This document shows positions 11,169 to 22,400 of a stretch of DNA of 64,000 nucleotides, one piece after another. The stretch comes from Bacteroidales bacterium (GTDB lineage: Bacteria; Bacteroidota; Bacteroidia; Bacteroidales; JAFGUD01), in the NCBI GenBank assembly GCA_016938685.1, contig JAFGUD010000262.1:51-64050 (forward strand), written 5' to 3'. Each line of letters begins with the position of its first letter. Within the stretch, counting starts at the first letter, position 1. The notes beneath the pieces are model-generated. The model saw only the letters and a program-made list of their open reading frames with translations, was not told the origin of the DNA and did no database searches. A program made the position numbers and the translations under genes.

Positions 11169-11193
11169 TTTTATCTTATAAAAATTTATATTA

Positions 11194-12189
11194 ATGATTC
11201 AGGATTTTGAAAATAGAATTTTTACCATTTCTTCTAACCAAGAATTTGATCAAATTGCGCTTGAAATATTTGACTTTCAGTATAATAATAATTTGGTTTA
11301 TAAAGAGTATATTGATTATCTAAAAGTAAAACCAACCAAAATTACAAGTATTTTTGATATTCCTTTTCTTCCTATCGAATTTTTTAAAAGCCGAAAAATT
11401 GTTTCTGCTATTGATTTATTACAAGAAAAAACACCTGTTGTTTTTAAAAGTAGTGGAACAACTGGGGCTGATCGTAGCAAGCATTATGTCTATAAATCAG
11501 ATATTTATGAAAAATCATTCTTAAAAGAATTTAAAGATATTTTCGGCTCACCTGAAAATTACACAATTTTGGCTTTATTGCCATCATATGTTCAAACCGG
11601 AGACTCTTCTTTAGTCTATATGGTTAATAAATTGATTCAATTGTCTAATAACGTAGATTCAGGATTTTATCTTGAAAAATCAGAAATAATACTTGATATT
11701 ATTTTAAAAAACAAAGAATTAAATAAGCAAATTATCTTGTTTGGAGTTTCTTACGCTCTTTTAGATTTAGCAGAAAGTAATAAAATTTTATTACCTGAAT
11801 TAATAATAATTGAAACAGGAGGAATGAAGGGAAGGAAAAAAGAAATAATTAGAAATGAATTACATCATATTTTGGGACAAAAATTTGGCACTAAAAATAT
11901 ATACTCAGAATATGGTATGACAGAACTTTTGTCACAAGCTTATATGTTGGAAAATGAATTTTTCAAACCTTCCTCCACAATGAAAGTTTTAATTCGAGAC
12001 ATAAATGATCCTTTTACTTATCTTTCCGACGAAAAAACCGGAGGAATAAATATTATCGACATTGCAAATCTCTATTCTTGCTCGTTTATTGAGACAAAAG
12101 ACCTCGGATTGTTAAAAAATAATAAATTTAAGGTCTTAGGACGATTTGATAACGCAGATATTAGAGGTTGTAATTTACTGACTGTTTAG
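11194..12189 (+). CDS. LuxE-like acyl-protein synthetase / acyl transferase
   Basis: IPFLPIEFFK, FKSSGTTG, ETGGMKGR, SEYGMTELLSQAY, LGR...RGC motifs. Confidence 0.88.
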   Translation: MIQDFENRIFTISSNQEFDQIALEIFDFQYNNNLVYKEYIDYLKVKPTKITSIFDIPFLPIEFFKSRKIVSAIDLLQEKTPVVFKSSGTTGADRSKHYVYKSDIYEKSFLKEFKDIFGSPENYTILALLPSYVQTGDSSLVYMVNKLIQLSNNVDSGFYLEKSEIILDIILKNKELNKQIILFGVSYALLDLAESNKILLPELIIIETGGMKGRKKEIIRNELHHILGQKFGTKNIYSEYGMTELLSQAYMLENEFFKPSSTMKVLIRDINDPFTYLSDEKTGGINIIDIANLYSCSFIETKDLGLLKNNKFKVLGRFDNADIRGCNLLTV

Positions 12190-12227
12190 TAGTTAATATA
12201 ATATGTTGAAAAATATTTATTAAAAAA

Positions 12228-12259
12228 TTTGGTTCTCTCCTTATTCATATTTAATTTTG
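12228..12259 (+). promoter_or_regulatory. Bacteroidota sigma-A promoter of the first SusC locus
   Basis: TTTG (12228-12231), a 20-nt spacer and TAATTTTG (12252-12259): full -33/-7 consensus. Confidence 0.7.
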
Positions 12260-12312
12260 AAGTTGTTTTGGAGTGAAAACTCTATATTTATTAACATTTA
12301 AAATTCAGTTTT

Positions 12313-15300
12313 ATGAGAAAGATTATGTTGTTTTTTGCATTCTTTGGAATATTAGGAATGCAACTTTTTGCTCAGAAAACTATTACAGGTACCGTAGTTG
12401 GTGCAGACGATGGCGTTGGCATCTCTGGCGTTACTGTATTAGTTGATGGGACAAACATTGGAACTGTTACAGATCTTGACGGAAAGTACGTTTTGAATAA
12501 TGTGCCTGACGATGCAACTTCTTTAAAGTTCTCTCTTTTTGGAATGTTACCTAAAGAATTACCAATCACAGGTAGTGTTATTGACTGTGCAATGGAAATT
12601 GACGCTGTAGCGTTGGGTGATGTTGTGATTACTGCTCTTGGAGTATCTAAAGAGAAAAAAGCTCTAGGTTATTCTGTCCAGGATTTGAACAGTGACGAAT
12701 TTAGCGCAGTAAGAGATCCTAACATTGTTAATTCATTGTCAGGTAAAATTGCCGGTGTTCAAATTACAAGTTCATCAGGTGGTGTTGGTTCTTCTTCAAG
12801 AATTGTACTTCGCGGTGCTGCTTCAATTACCGGTAATAACGAACCTCTTTTTATTGTTGATGGTGTACCTATCAATAATACAAATTATGGTGATGCAACT
12901 TATGGTGGAGGTACTGACCAGCCTTCGGGTTCTGCTGATATTAACCCTGATGATATTGAATCAATTTCAGTATTGAAAGGTGCAAATGCAGCGGCTCTTT
13001 ATGGCTCTCGTGCAGCTAACGGTGTTATCATTATTAAAACTAAAACAGGAAAAAAAGCTCAAGGCTTAGGTGTTTCTGTAAACTCTAGTACTACTTTTGA
13101 AACTCCACTTATTCTTCCTACTTTCCAAAATTCTTATGGTCAAGGTGCAAGTCATACTTTCTTTGAGTGGATTGATGGACAAAATGGTTCCGGTGGTGTT
13201 GATGAAAGTTGGGGTATGCCTCTAAACATTGGTTTAGAAGCTGTTCAATTTTCTTCAAACGGTGAATACCCGGAAGAATGGGTTGCTTATCCTAATAATA
13301 TCAAAGATTTTTATGATCTAGGTATTACTACTAATAACAATATTTCTTTTGCAAATGGTGGTGAAAAATCTTCTTTTAGATTATCATATACCAATATGCA
13401 ACAAAAAGGTATGGTTCCGAATACTTCTCTTCAAAGAAACACTTTTAATGGAACTGCATCTGTTGATTTAACTTCTAAATTGTATGCAAACTTCTCTGCT
13501 AACTATATTATTACTAATAGTGATAATTTACCAACAGGTGGTTACAACAATGAAAACCCTGTTCAACAAATGATTTGGTCAGGTAGACAAGTTGATTTCG
13601 AAAAATTAAGAGATTATGAAAATCTTCCTCTTTGTGCTGAAGGAACAGCTGCTGCTGGTACTCCATTGAACTGGAATACTGTTTTCCAAAACAATCCTTA
13701 CTGGGTACAACATACCAATTTTAACAAATTGTCAAAAAACAGAGTTATTGGAAATATAAATGTTGGATACAAATTTACTGATTGGTTAACTTTACAATTA
13801 TCTTCAGGTACTGATTATTGGACATCTATTACTACTAATCAAAAAGCTCATGGTTCTAACGAATATCCTTTCGGACTATTCAGAGAAGTATCTAGAACTT
13901 GGTACGAAAATAATTCAAGCTTTTTGGTAATGATTAATAGAGACATCAATACTGACTTGAATGTTTCTTTATCTCTTGGAGGAAACACAATGTATCAGTC
14001 TTATAGCAGAATGTTTGCTGAAGCTAGTCAACTAGAATTAGAAGGTGTTTATAATCTTTCTAATGTTAAATCAGGTGTGAGCCCTACTCTTACTAACTAC
14101 TTTGAAAAAAGAAAAATTAACAGTTTGTATTTCAGTGGTCAGGTAGCTTTCAAAAAATATGTTTATTTTGAATTCAGTGGTAGAAATGACTGGTCAAGTG
14201 TTCTTCCAATAGAAAACAATTCTTTCTTCTATCCGGCAGCATCTCTTAGTCTTGTTGTTACAGAAATGTTAGGAATGGAATCAGATGTGCTTACTTTTGC
14301 CAAAGTAAGAGGTAGTTGGGCACAAGTAGGGGGCGATGGAGCTTTGAATCCTTACTCTCTTACACAAACTTTTGCTTTTAGAGATGACTCATGGGGTAAT
14401 GTTCTACTTCCATACAATGGAAACACATTAAATAATCCTAATTTAGTTTCTGAAACTACTAATTCTCTTGAGTTTGGTCTTGACATGAGAATGTTTAAAG
14501 GACGTGTTACTCTTGATTTAACTTATTATAACTCTAAATCAAAAGACTTATTGGTACCTGTTGAAGTTTCTGCTTCTACCGGTTATTTATTCGCTTGGGA
14601 TAATATTGGCGAAATGGCTAATAGTGGTGTTGAAGTATTATTAGGTTTAGACATTATTAAAAATGACAACTTTGTATGGAATACAACAGTAAACTTTGCA
14701 AAAGCTAAAAATGAAGTTGTTTCTTTAGGTGGATTAGAATCATTAGACCTAGGTGGACAATGGAATATGACACTTCAAGCACGTGAAGGTTATCCTTACG
14801 GAGTAATCTTTGGCCCTGCTTTCCTTAGAAGTCCTGACGGAGATGTAATTTACAAAAATGGAATACCTGTAATTGATGAAACATATCAGATATTAGGTGA
14901 TATTCAACCTGATTGGACTGGTGGTATCAATAATAGAATTTCTTTTAAAGGTTTAACTTTAAGTTTCTTAGTTGATGCTAAAATGGGTGGTGAAATTCAC
15001 TCAATGACTACTACCTGGGGACGTTATGCAGGTGTTTTAAACGAAACATTAGAAGGTCGTGAAACTGGTGTTATTGGTATTGGTGTTATAGACAACGGTG
15101 ACGGAACATACAGAACAAATGACGTTATTACATCAACTGAAGAATATAACAAAACTGCATATTCAAATAATGTTGTTGAAAGTTCAGTATTTGATGCTTC
15201 TTATATCAAATTCAGACAATTAACTTTTGGTTATACTTTTGCTAAAATTGGAAATCTTCCTATTAAAGATCTTTCTTTTAGTGTTGTAGGTAGAAATTTA

Positions 15301-15435
15301 GCTATGATATACTCTAAAATACCTCATATTGATCCTGAAACTGCTTTTAGTAGTCTTAACGGACAACAAGGTCAAGAATTTGGTCAATTGCCATCTACCA
15401 GAAGTATTGGTTTTAATATTAATTTTAAATTTTAA
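12313..15435 (+). CDS. SusC/RagA family TonB-dependent transporter
   Basis: Signal peptide, CarboxypepD_reg-like N-terminus, plug signature NPDDIESISVLKGANAAALYGSRAANGVIIIKTK, C-terminal Phe. Confidence 0.96.
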   Translation: MRKIMLFFAFFGILGMQLFAQKTITGTVVGADDGVGISGVTVLVDGTNIGTVTDLDGKYVLNNVPDDATSLKFSLFGMLPKELPITGSVIDCAMEIDAVALGDVVITALGVSKEKKALGYSVQDLNSDEFSAVRDPNIVNSLSGKIAGVQITSSSGGVGSSSRIVLRGAASITGNNEPLFIVDGVPINNTNYGDATYGGGTDQPSGSADINPDDIESISVLKGANAAALYGSRAANGVIIIKTKTGKKAQGLGVSVNSSTTFETPLILPTFQNSYGQGASHTFFEWIDGQNGSGGVDESWGMPLNIGLEAVQFSSNGEYPEEWVAYPNNIKDFYDLGITTNNNISFANGGEKSSFRLSYTNMQQKGMVPNTSLQRNTFNGTASVDLTSKLYANFSANYIITNSDNLPTGGYNNENPVQQMIWSGRQVDFEKLRDYENLPLCAEGTAAAGTPLNWNTVFQNNPYWVQHTNFNKLSKNRVIGNINVGYKFTDWLTLQLSSGTDYWTSITTNQKAHGSNEYPFGLFREVSRTWYENNSSFLVMINRDINTDLNVSLSLGGNTMYQSYSRMFAEASQLELEGVYNLSNVKSGVSPTLTNYFEKRKINSLYFSGQVAFKKYVYFEFSGRNDWSSVLPIENNSFFYPAASLSLVVTEMLGMESDVLTFAKVRGSWAQVGGDGALNPYSLTQTFAFRDDSWGNVLLPYNGNTLNNPNLVSETTNSLEFGLDMRMFKGRVTLDLTYYNSKSKDLLVPVEVSASTGYLFAWDNIGEMANSGVEVLLGLDIIKNDNFVWNTTVNFAKAKNEVVSLGGLESLDLGGQWNMTLQAREGYPYGVIFGPAFLRSPDGDVIYKNGIPVIDETYQILGDIQPDWTGGINNRISFKGLTLSFLVDAKMGGEIHSMTTTWGRYAGVLNETLEGRETGVIGIGVIDNGDGTYRTNDVITSTEEYNKTAYSNNVVESSVFDASYIKFRQLTFGYTFAKIGNLPIKDLSFSVVGRNLAMIYSKIPHIDPETAFSSLNGQQGQEFGQLPSTRSIGFNINFKF

Positions 15436-15441
15436 TTAATT

Positions 15442-16866
15442 ATGAAAAGAATAAAAATTTTAACAATTATAGCTTCATTCTTAATGCTGTTTGTTGTAAG
15501 TTGCGACAAAGGCTTTGAAGATATAAATAAAGACCCGAATAACCCTACTGAAATAGAGTCCGGTTTACTTTTGGCAGATATGATTCGAAACTCTCAAAAT
15601 ACGCTTTATAGTACTTTTGTTGGAGGTGATTATGGTTCATGCTGGTCTCAACAATGGGGCAAAGTAAATTATAATGATGAAGAAAAATACAAACCAAGAG
15701 GTAGTATTATTTCAATGATATGGGATAACATGTATGAAGATGTAGCTTCTGATGCTAGTGTAATGTACAAACTTGCTGTAGTTGAAGAAAACAAAAATAT
15801 GCAAGGAGTTGCTCTTGTGATGAAAGCATTTGCAATATTAGTTCTTACTGATATTTATGGTGATATTCCTTATACCGAGGCATTAAATACTGATGAAGGT
15901 ATTTTAGCTCCTGCTTATGATGAACAATCAGTAGTTTATGATAGTGTTTTAGTATTATTAGACAGAGCAAATGATTTGTTTTCAGAGGATGGTGGTGTAA
16001 TTAATGCTGGTTCTGACTTAATTTATCAAGGAGATTGGACTGCTTGGCAGAAATTTGCAAATAGTTTAAAATTCCGTGCTTTGATGAGAATGTCCGGACA
16101 GGTTGATGTTTCTACACAATTGCAAGACATTGTTGATAACAGAGCCGTTTTTACTTCTAATAGTGATGAAGCAAAACTTATTTTCCTTTCTTCTGATCCT
16201 AATGCAAATCCAATTTACGAATCTATCGTTTTTGGAACAAGAGAAGAGTATAAAGTTACAGACATTTTAGTTGCTACTCTTGCAGATAATGATGATCCTC
16301 GTTTAGAAGTTTATGTTCAACCAAACGCTGATGGTGAATACAGAGGAAAACCTGCTGGAATGAACAATTTACCTAACGAAGAGTATAACTATGAGAATGT
16401 TTCGGCAATTGGTGAATTATATTTATTACCTGAAGCTCCCGGATATATGATGTCTTATTCTGAATTACAATTTTTAATGGCAGAAGCTGTTGTTAAGGGA
16501 TACATTACAGGTACAGCACAAGATTATTATGCAGAAGGAATAGCTGCATCTATGAGTGCTAATGGAGTAACTGATTATTCTATGATGTCTGGTTTGTTAT
16601 TATCTGCTAATACAAATAATGCTTTAGAGCAAATTGGAGTTCAAAATTGGTTAGGTTTATATTGTCAAGGAATGGAAGCTTGGGCAGAACAAAGAAGAAC
16701 CGGATATCCTGTTCTTACTCCTGCTATTGACGGTGCTGTTGATGAAATACCTTCTAGACTTATTTATCCGGCGTCTGAACAATCACTTAATGCAGCTAAT
16801 TACCAAGAGGCAGTAAGTAGACAAGGTGCAGACTTATTAACAACTAAAATTTGGTGGAACAAATAA
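15442..16866 (+). CDS. SusD/RagB family lipoprotein
   Basis: Lipobox VVSC, INKDPNNP, LTDIYGDIPY, WQKFANSLKFR, EAWAEQRRTGYP; directly after SusC. Confidence 0.95.
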   Translation: MKRIKILTIIASFLMLFVVSCDKGFEDINKDPNNPTEIESGLLLADMIRNSQNTLYSTFVGGDYGSCWSQQWGKVNYNDEEKYKPRGSIISMIWDNMYEDVASDASVMYKLAVVEENKNMQGVALVMKAFAILVLTDIYGDIPYTEALNTDEGILAPAYDEQSVVYDSVLVLLDRANDLFSEDGGVINAGSDLIYQGDWTAWQKFANSLKFRALMRMSGQVDVSTQLQDIVDNRAVFTSNSDEAKLIFLSSDPNANPIYESIVFGTREEYKVTDILVATLADNDDPRLEVYVQPNADGEYRGKPAGMNNLPNEEYNYENVSAIGELYLLPEAPGYMMSYSELQFLMAEAVVKGYITGTAQDYYAEGIAASMSANGVTDYSMMSGLLLSANTNNALEQIGVQNWLGLYCQGMEAWAEQRRTGYPVLTPAIDGAVDEIPSRLIYPASEQSLNAANYQEAVSRQGADLLTTKIWWNK

Positions 16867-16877
16867 AAAAGAAAATT

Positions 16878-17807
16878 ATGAAACTAAATAAAATAAGTTT
16901 TTTTGTAATCTCCCTTATATTAATTTTTGGAGCTTGCACAAAACCGGATAATCATATGCCAATTCAAGATACTGGTGTATTAATATCTGTTGATGAAAGT
17001 AGTGGTAAATTTTTAGGATTACCACAAGATGGAGGATTTGTACCTCTGGATGTTGCACTTGATTATATGGTGTATGTTCCTAATGGTATTGAAAACGACA
17101 TAGCTAGTTATACTATTATTAAACGTTATGTGACTTATGAAGTAACTGATAGTGCTACTATTCCTGTATACTCAGATTGGGCAGACATTACTACAGTAAC
17201 TGAGCTTCCTTATGAGTTTTCATATACAACTGAAGCTAATTTTTATGAAGGTTTAACTGTAACTTCTGCAGATTTACAAGTTGGAGATTATTTTGAATTT
17301 AGTGTTAGAGTTACAAAAACTGACGGTTCTGAATATTACCCTAATGCAGACGGAGTTATTAAAATTACTGTAAATTGTTTGTCTGATTTGGCTGGTGTAT
17401 ATGTATTAGATGGTTTATATACTCGTACAAGTAGCGGTATTACTAATCAACCATACCATAATGATGCTGAAGTTATTTATGAACTTGCTCCAGGTGAATA
17501 TATGACATCTACAAGTGGTCATTGGGCACCTGGTGATTTAGCTCCAGGTAATGACGGATTTGTTTTCTTGGATGTTTGTGGAGTAATAACTATCGAGGAA
17601 CAATATTTAGGAGATTATTGGGCAAATGTTCTTGCTGGTTCTGGTACTGTTGATGCAGCTACAGGTGATCTTCATTTTGAATACACTGTCTGTTTTGGTG
17701 GTGACTGTAGAGAATATGTTGCTGATTACGTAAAAACTGATGCTGGTGCTTTTGCAAAAAGCAAAGTTGAAGCAACTGAAAATATTGATCCAAACAATTT
17801 TAAATAA
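16878..17807 (+). CDS. Acidic lipoprotein of the SusCD locus, function unknown
   Basis: Probable start at ATG 16878 (MKLNK), lipobox FGAC, beta-rich D/E-rich sequence. Confidence 0.75.
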   Translation: MKLNKISFFVISLILIFGACTKPDNHMPIQDTGVLISVDESSGKFLGLPQDGGFVPLDVALDYMVYVPNGIENDIASYTIIKRYVTYEVTDSATIPVYSDWADITTVTELPYEFSYTTEANFYEGLTVTSADLQVGDYFEFSVRVTKTDGSEYYPNADGVIKITVNCLSDLAGVYVLDGLYTRTSSGITNQPYHNDAEVIYELAPGEYMTSTSGHWAPGDLAPGNDGFVFLDVCGVITIEEQYLGDYWANVLAGSGTVDAATGDLHFEYTVCFGGDCREYVADYVKTDAGAFAKSKVEATENIDPNNFK

Positions 17808-17823
17808 AGAAAAATAAAATAAT

Positions 17824-19161
17824 ATGAAAATAAATAAAATATTATCGGTATTTTTTATACTCTTGGTTGTTTTGGCTGGGTGTAAAAAAGATGATTATAC
17901 CGGACATTCGCAGTTAGTACCTACTAATCCAACTATTACTGTTGATTTGGGTACTATTGCACCTATGATTGATGGTGTAGATCAGACTCATACTATTACT
18001 TTGAATATGGACGTTGCGCAAGTTGTTGATGTTGCTGTTCATGTATTAGTTTTAGAAGGTACAGCAACTGAAGGTGAAGATTTTTCTGTTCCTTCAGTTA
18101 TAACTATCCCAGCAGGGAAAACAACAGCTTCATTTAATGTTACTGTTTTGGCAGATGAAATAAATGAAGAAACTGAAACTTTTAAAATTCAGATTGGTGA
18201 TGAAAGAACAGCTAATGCTACTTTAACTCCTGTTGAAGCTAATTTTACTATTCAAAACTTTTCTGATGCTGATTTAAAAGTAGGATTAAGCTGGGAACCT
18301 GCATTTGATGTATATAGCCCTACTGGCGATATCTATGATGCTACTGATTTAGCTGATCTAATTCTTACTATTTATGATGTTGCCGGCGACTCAATCTATG
18401 ATCAAGTTGATGGTGGATCATTTGAAGAAGTTGTATTATCTGATACTATGCCTGATGGAACTTACCAAGTAATGGTATCATTCTGGAGCGCAATGGATCC
18501 TGGAACTGATGTTGACTTAAATCTTTTTGTTGATTTCTACCAAATTGGTGTTTTCTCAGAAACAGATGAATTTCCAGCATTTTTCTCACTTTACACTTCA
18601 CAAGTTTGTTCAGAAGCTTATGTAATGATTGAAATTGAAAAAGCAGGTTCAACTTGGACTTCTGTTGATTATGTTGATCCAAATGCTGAGTTTTTAGGCG
18701 CTTATGGAGGTACTGATGGTGCTGATCCTGATTACTTATATGATTCAGAAATAGTTACTTCGGTATGTGGAACTAGTTTATTGATTACCGGTATTAATTT
18801 TGGTTGGATGCAAGATTTCTGGGGTGAAGAGATTATAGCTTCTACTCCTGTTATTATTACCTTAAATGGTGATAATACTATCACAATAGACGACCAATAT
18901 TATATCACAACTGAATATAGTGGAGCTCCTTACGATTATGACATTAGAGATGTTGTTGGTACTTGGGCTGATGGTGGCGTTTTACATATTGAATATGACA
19001 TGTATAATACAACTGATGATTATAGTGTTGGTACTTGGTGTTTTGATAATGGTTATAGTGATTATACTTATTTTATTGCTGAAGTTACTTTGGGAGCCAA
19101 AGCTAGTAATAAAAACGTTGTTAGTCCTAAATCAGAGATTAGAAGATTAAAAAATAAATAG
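17824..19161 (+). CDS. Surface lipoprotein with a Calx-beta-like domain
   Basis: Lipobox LAGC followed by KKDD; GTATEGEDF...TIPAG...DEINEETETF is Calx-beta-like. Confidence 0.75.
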   Translation: MKINKILSVFFILLVVLAGCKKDDYTGHSQLVPTNPTITVDLGTIAPMIDGVDQTHTITLNMDVAQVVDVAVHVLVLEGTATEGEDFSVPSVITIPAGKTTASFNVTVLADEINEETETFKIQIGDERTANATLTPVEANFTIQNFSDADLKVGLSWEPAFDVYSPTGDIYDATDLADLILTIYDVAGDSIYDQVDGGSFEEVVLSDTMPDGTYQVMVSFWSAMDPGTDVDLNLFVDFYQIGVFSETDEFPAFFSLYTSQVCSEAYVMIEIEKAGSTWTSVDYVDPNAEFLGAYGGTDGADPDYLYDSEIVTSVCGTSLLITGINFGWMQDFWGEEIIASTPVIITLNGDNTITIDDQYYITTEYSGAPYDYDIRDVVGTWADGGVLHIEYDMYNTTDDYSVGTWCFDNGYSDYTYFIAEVTLGAKASNKNVVSPKSEIRRLKNK

Positions 19162-19180
19162 TATTTATAATAAAATTAAG

Positions 19181-19212
19181 AAAGGTTGTCAAATTTGACA
19201 ACCTTTTTTTTT
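19181..19212 (+). terminator. Intrinsic terminator of the first SusCD operon
   Basis: Perfect 26-bp palindrome AAAGGTTGTCAAATTTGACAACCTTT running into a T tract. Confidence 0.85.
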
Positions 19213-19335
19213 GATTAAAAATGTTAAATACAATTTGTAAAATGCAACTTTACTCAAAAAACTTTATCTAAATATTTAGTATTAGTATTTATAGTGAAAA
19301 TACAATATTTTAGATAAAACAAAAATGTTAAATTT

Positions 19336-19368
19336 TTTGTTTTATTAGTTTAAATATCCTTAAATTTG
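19336..19368 (+). promoter_or_regulatory. Bacteroidota sigma-A promoter of the second SusC locus
   Basis: TTTG (19336-19339), a 21-nt spacer and TAAATTTG (19361-19368). Confidence 0.65.
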
Positions 19369-19421
19369 TAGGAAATTTTGAGTTACTAAAAATATCTTAT
19401 ATTAATCAAAACTAATTATTT

Positions 19422-22400
19422 ATGAAAAAATTAACTTTTTTACTTTTCTTAATTGGCTTTTTTAGTTTCAGTATGTTTTCACAAACTACTGTGATTGGAA
19501 AAGTCATGGATGAAAATGGAGAGGGAATTCCAGGTGCAATTGTAAAGGTGAAAAGTGTGAATGTAGCTACAATGACAGATTTTGGCGGTTCATACTCAAT
19601 TACAGTTCCAGAAGGAGGAAAAACCCTTGTTTATTCCTTTACTGGAAGAGAAACTGTAGAGAAAGAAATATCAGGGACAGAGATGGATATTAATTTATTC
19701 TCTGCTGATAAACAGATTACAGAGGTTAAAATTATTGGTATGGGTATCAAAAGAGATGAAAAAAAGATTGGATATGCCGTATCGACAGTTGATGGTGATG
19801 ATGTTGTAAAAAGCAGAACAAGTAGTGCAATGAATGCTTTACAAGGTAAGATACCCGGAGTTAATATCACTACTGCGTCAGGTGCTCCTGGTGCTTCAAC
19901 AAGAGTAATTTTTAGAGGTTTTTCAACTTTATATGGTAGTAATCAACCGTTATATATAATTGATGGAATACCTGTAAATAATGGAGCTTCTGGGAGTATT
20001 TCTCTTAATGGAGGTACAGATTTTGGTAATCAAGCTAATGATGTTAATCCAAATGATATCGAAAGTATCTCATTCTTAAAAGGTTCTGCAGCAACTGCTA
20101 TTTATGGAAATAGAGCGGCAAATGGTGTTGTAATTATTACAACAAAAAGTGGAGATGGAGCAATAAAAGGTATGGAAATTACTATAAATTCTTCTGCTCA
20201 ATTTTCTACTCCTCTTAGATTGCCTCAATTCCAAAATTTATACGGACAAGGAATTTTTGGAAACTGGGATTTATTCGAGAATACTAGTTATGGACCAAAA
20301 TATGACAATAAACTACATTACTGGGGGCATGTGGTTGATGGAGAACGTTTAATTAAACCATATAGTGCATTACCAAACAATGTTGCTGATTTCTTTGAAG
20401 TTGGAAAATTTTTCCAAAATTCGGTTTCAATTTCTGGAGGAAGTAAATCAACTAGTTATAGATTTTCCTTTTCTAATGTATTGAGTGATGGAATTATGCC
20501 ATATAATCAAGATTGGTATAATAGAAATACAGCTTCATTTCACGGTGCTACAAAATTGTCAAATAAAATATCAAGTGAGGCATCGGTTACTTATGTAAAT
20601 AAAAAGAACCGCTTTGTTCCAACGGGTCAGGGAGGACAATCAGTTTGGAATAATGTTTTGCAACAACCAAGAGATATTCCTATTATAGAGCTTGCCAATA
20701 TTGAAGATAAATTTTTTAATAATGATAATTATTATAGCCCTTATACCACAAATCCTTATTGGCCTCTTTTAGAAAATGGAAACAATAATAACGAGGATCG
20801 TGTTTATGGAATGGTTTCTTTAACTTACGATGTTTCTCCAAATTTAAAAATCATGTGTAGACTTGGAGAGGACGTATCTAATAGACAACTTAAAGAGTGG
20901 CGTGCTTACAAAATAAATTCAATTGATGGTAGAAATTTTGATGTAGATAATGAGGAAGGTTTTGTGTCAACATACACACAAATGAGAAATCAGTTAAATT
21001 CGGATCTACTTGCTACTTATTCAAACAATTTTGGTCATTTTAGTTTAAATGCTCTTGTAGGACACAATCTAAATCAACAATTATATCAGAGTGTTTATCA
21101 AGGTGCTGTTGGTATCAGTGTTCCTAATTTCTATCATATTTCAAATACTTATGGAACTCCTTCTGTTTCAGAATATTCTTCTATTTATAGATTAGTTGGT
21201 GTATATGGAAACGTTGAACTTAGTTACATGTCTTGGTTAACCCTTGCCGTTAGTGCTCGTAATGACTGGTCTTCGACATTACCTCATGAAAATAATAGTT
21301 TCTTTTATCCTGGTGTAAGTTTAGGTTGGGTATTTACTGATGCCTTTAATAAATTTGAGGATTGGAAGAAAGTATTTAGTTATGGAAAAATTAGAGTTAG
21401 CTATGGCCAAACTGGAAATGATGCCGGCGTATATAGTGTGTATCCTTATCTATATCAGCCTGGTCGCTTCCCTTTGCCTAGTAATGTTAATGCATTTTCC
21501 GAAGGAAACAGTAAAGGTAATGACGATTTGAGACCGGAATTAACATCCGAGTTTGAAGTTGGTACTGATCTGCGTTTTATTAATGGAAAATATAGAATAG
21601 ATTTTACTTATTATGATAAAACAATTAAAGATTTAATTTTTAATGTTGAAAAAGCTTCTTCAACTGGTTATACATACCAAACAACTAATTTAGGATCTAT
21701 TAGAAATCATGGAGTAGAACTTTTGGTTAGTAGTAATTTTGTAGAAAGAGAAAACCTAAACATAACTTTTACTGTAAACTTTTCAATTAATCGTTCTGAG
21801 GTGGTTGAATTAGGTGCTGGCATGGAAAGTTATGATATATTTGGATTACTAGGAGGTACAGAACATTATTTCAGGGTTTATCCAAGATCTATCGACGCTA
21901 CTACAGGAGAAACTATTAGTGGAAGCCCTATTGGGGTTTTTGAAATATCTGCACCAGAAATTTATACTGATGATAATGGAGAAGAACATGTTGTTGTTAA
22001 TCCACAGGGTGTTCCTAAATTAGCTACTTCTGGTTATGATACTTGGGGTAAATCAGAGTACGATTTTATGTCAGGATTTATTTTAGATATGAGAATATTC
22101 AAAATAATAAATGTAAGTGCAACAGTTGATTGGAGACAAGGTGGTTGGATGCATTCTAGAACCGCTGGTATGGTATATTTTACAGGAACAACTCCTGCTA
22201 CGCTATATAATGATAGACAACCATTTGTAGTTCCGAATTCTGTAATTCAAGTTGATACTGACGATGATGGAAATCCTGTATATGTTGAAAATACGGTTCC
22301 TGTTCTATATGATGTATTGGGCGGTTCCGCTAATTCTTATTGGGATTTAGGAGGCACTCTTCTTGGTGGACATGAATTAGTTTCTAAAACATTTGTGAAA

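Noticed and set aside
11194-12189. LuxE as evidence of bioluminescence
   Set aside because: No luxA/B/C/D genes nearby; stand-alone LuxE-like genes are common in Bacteroidota.
19263-19318. Invertible (phase-variable) promoter for the second SusC
   Set aside because: The -33/-7 elements lie outside the inverted repeat, the arms are imperfect and no recombinase is nearby.
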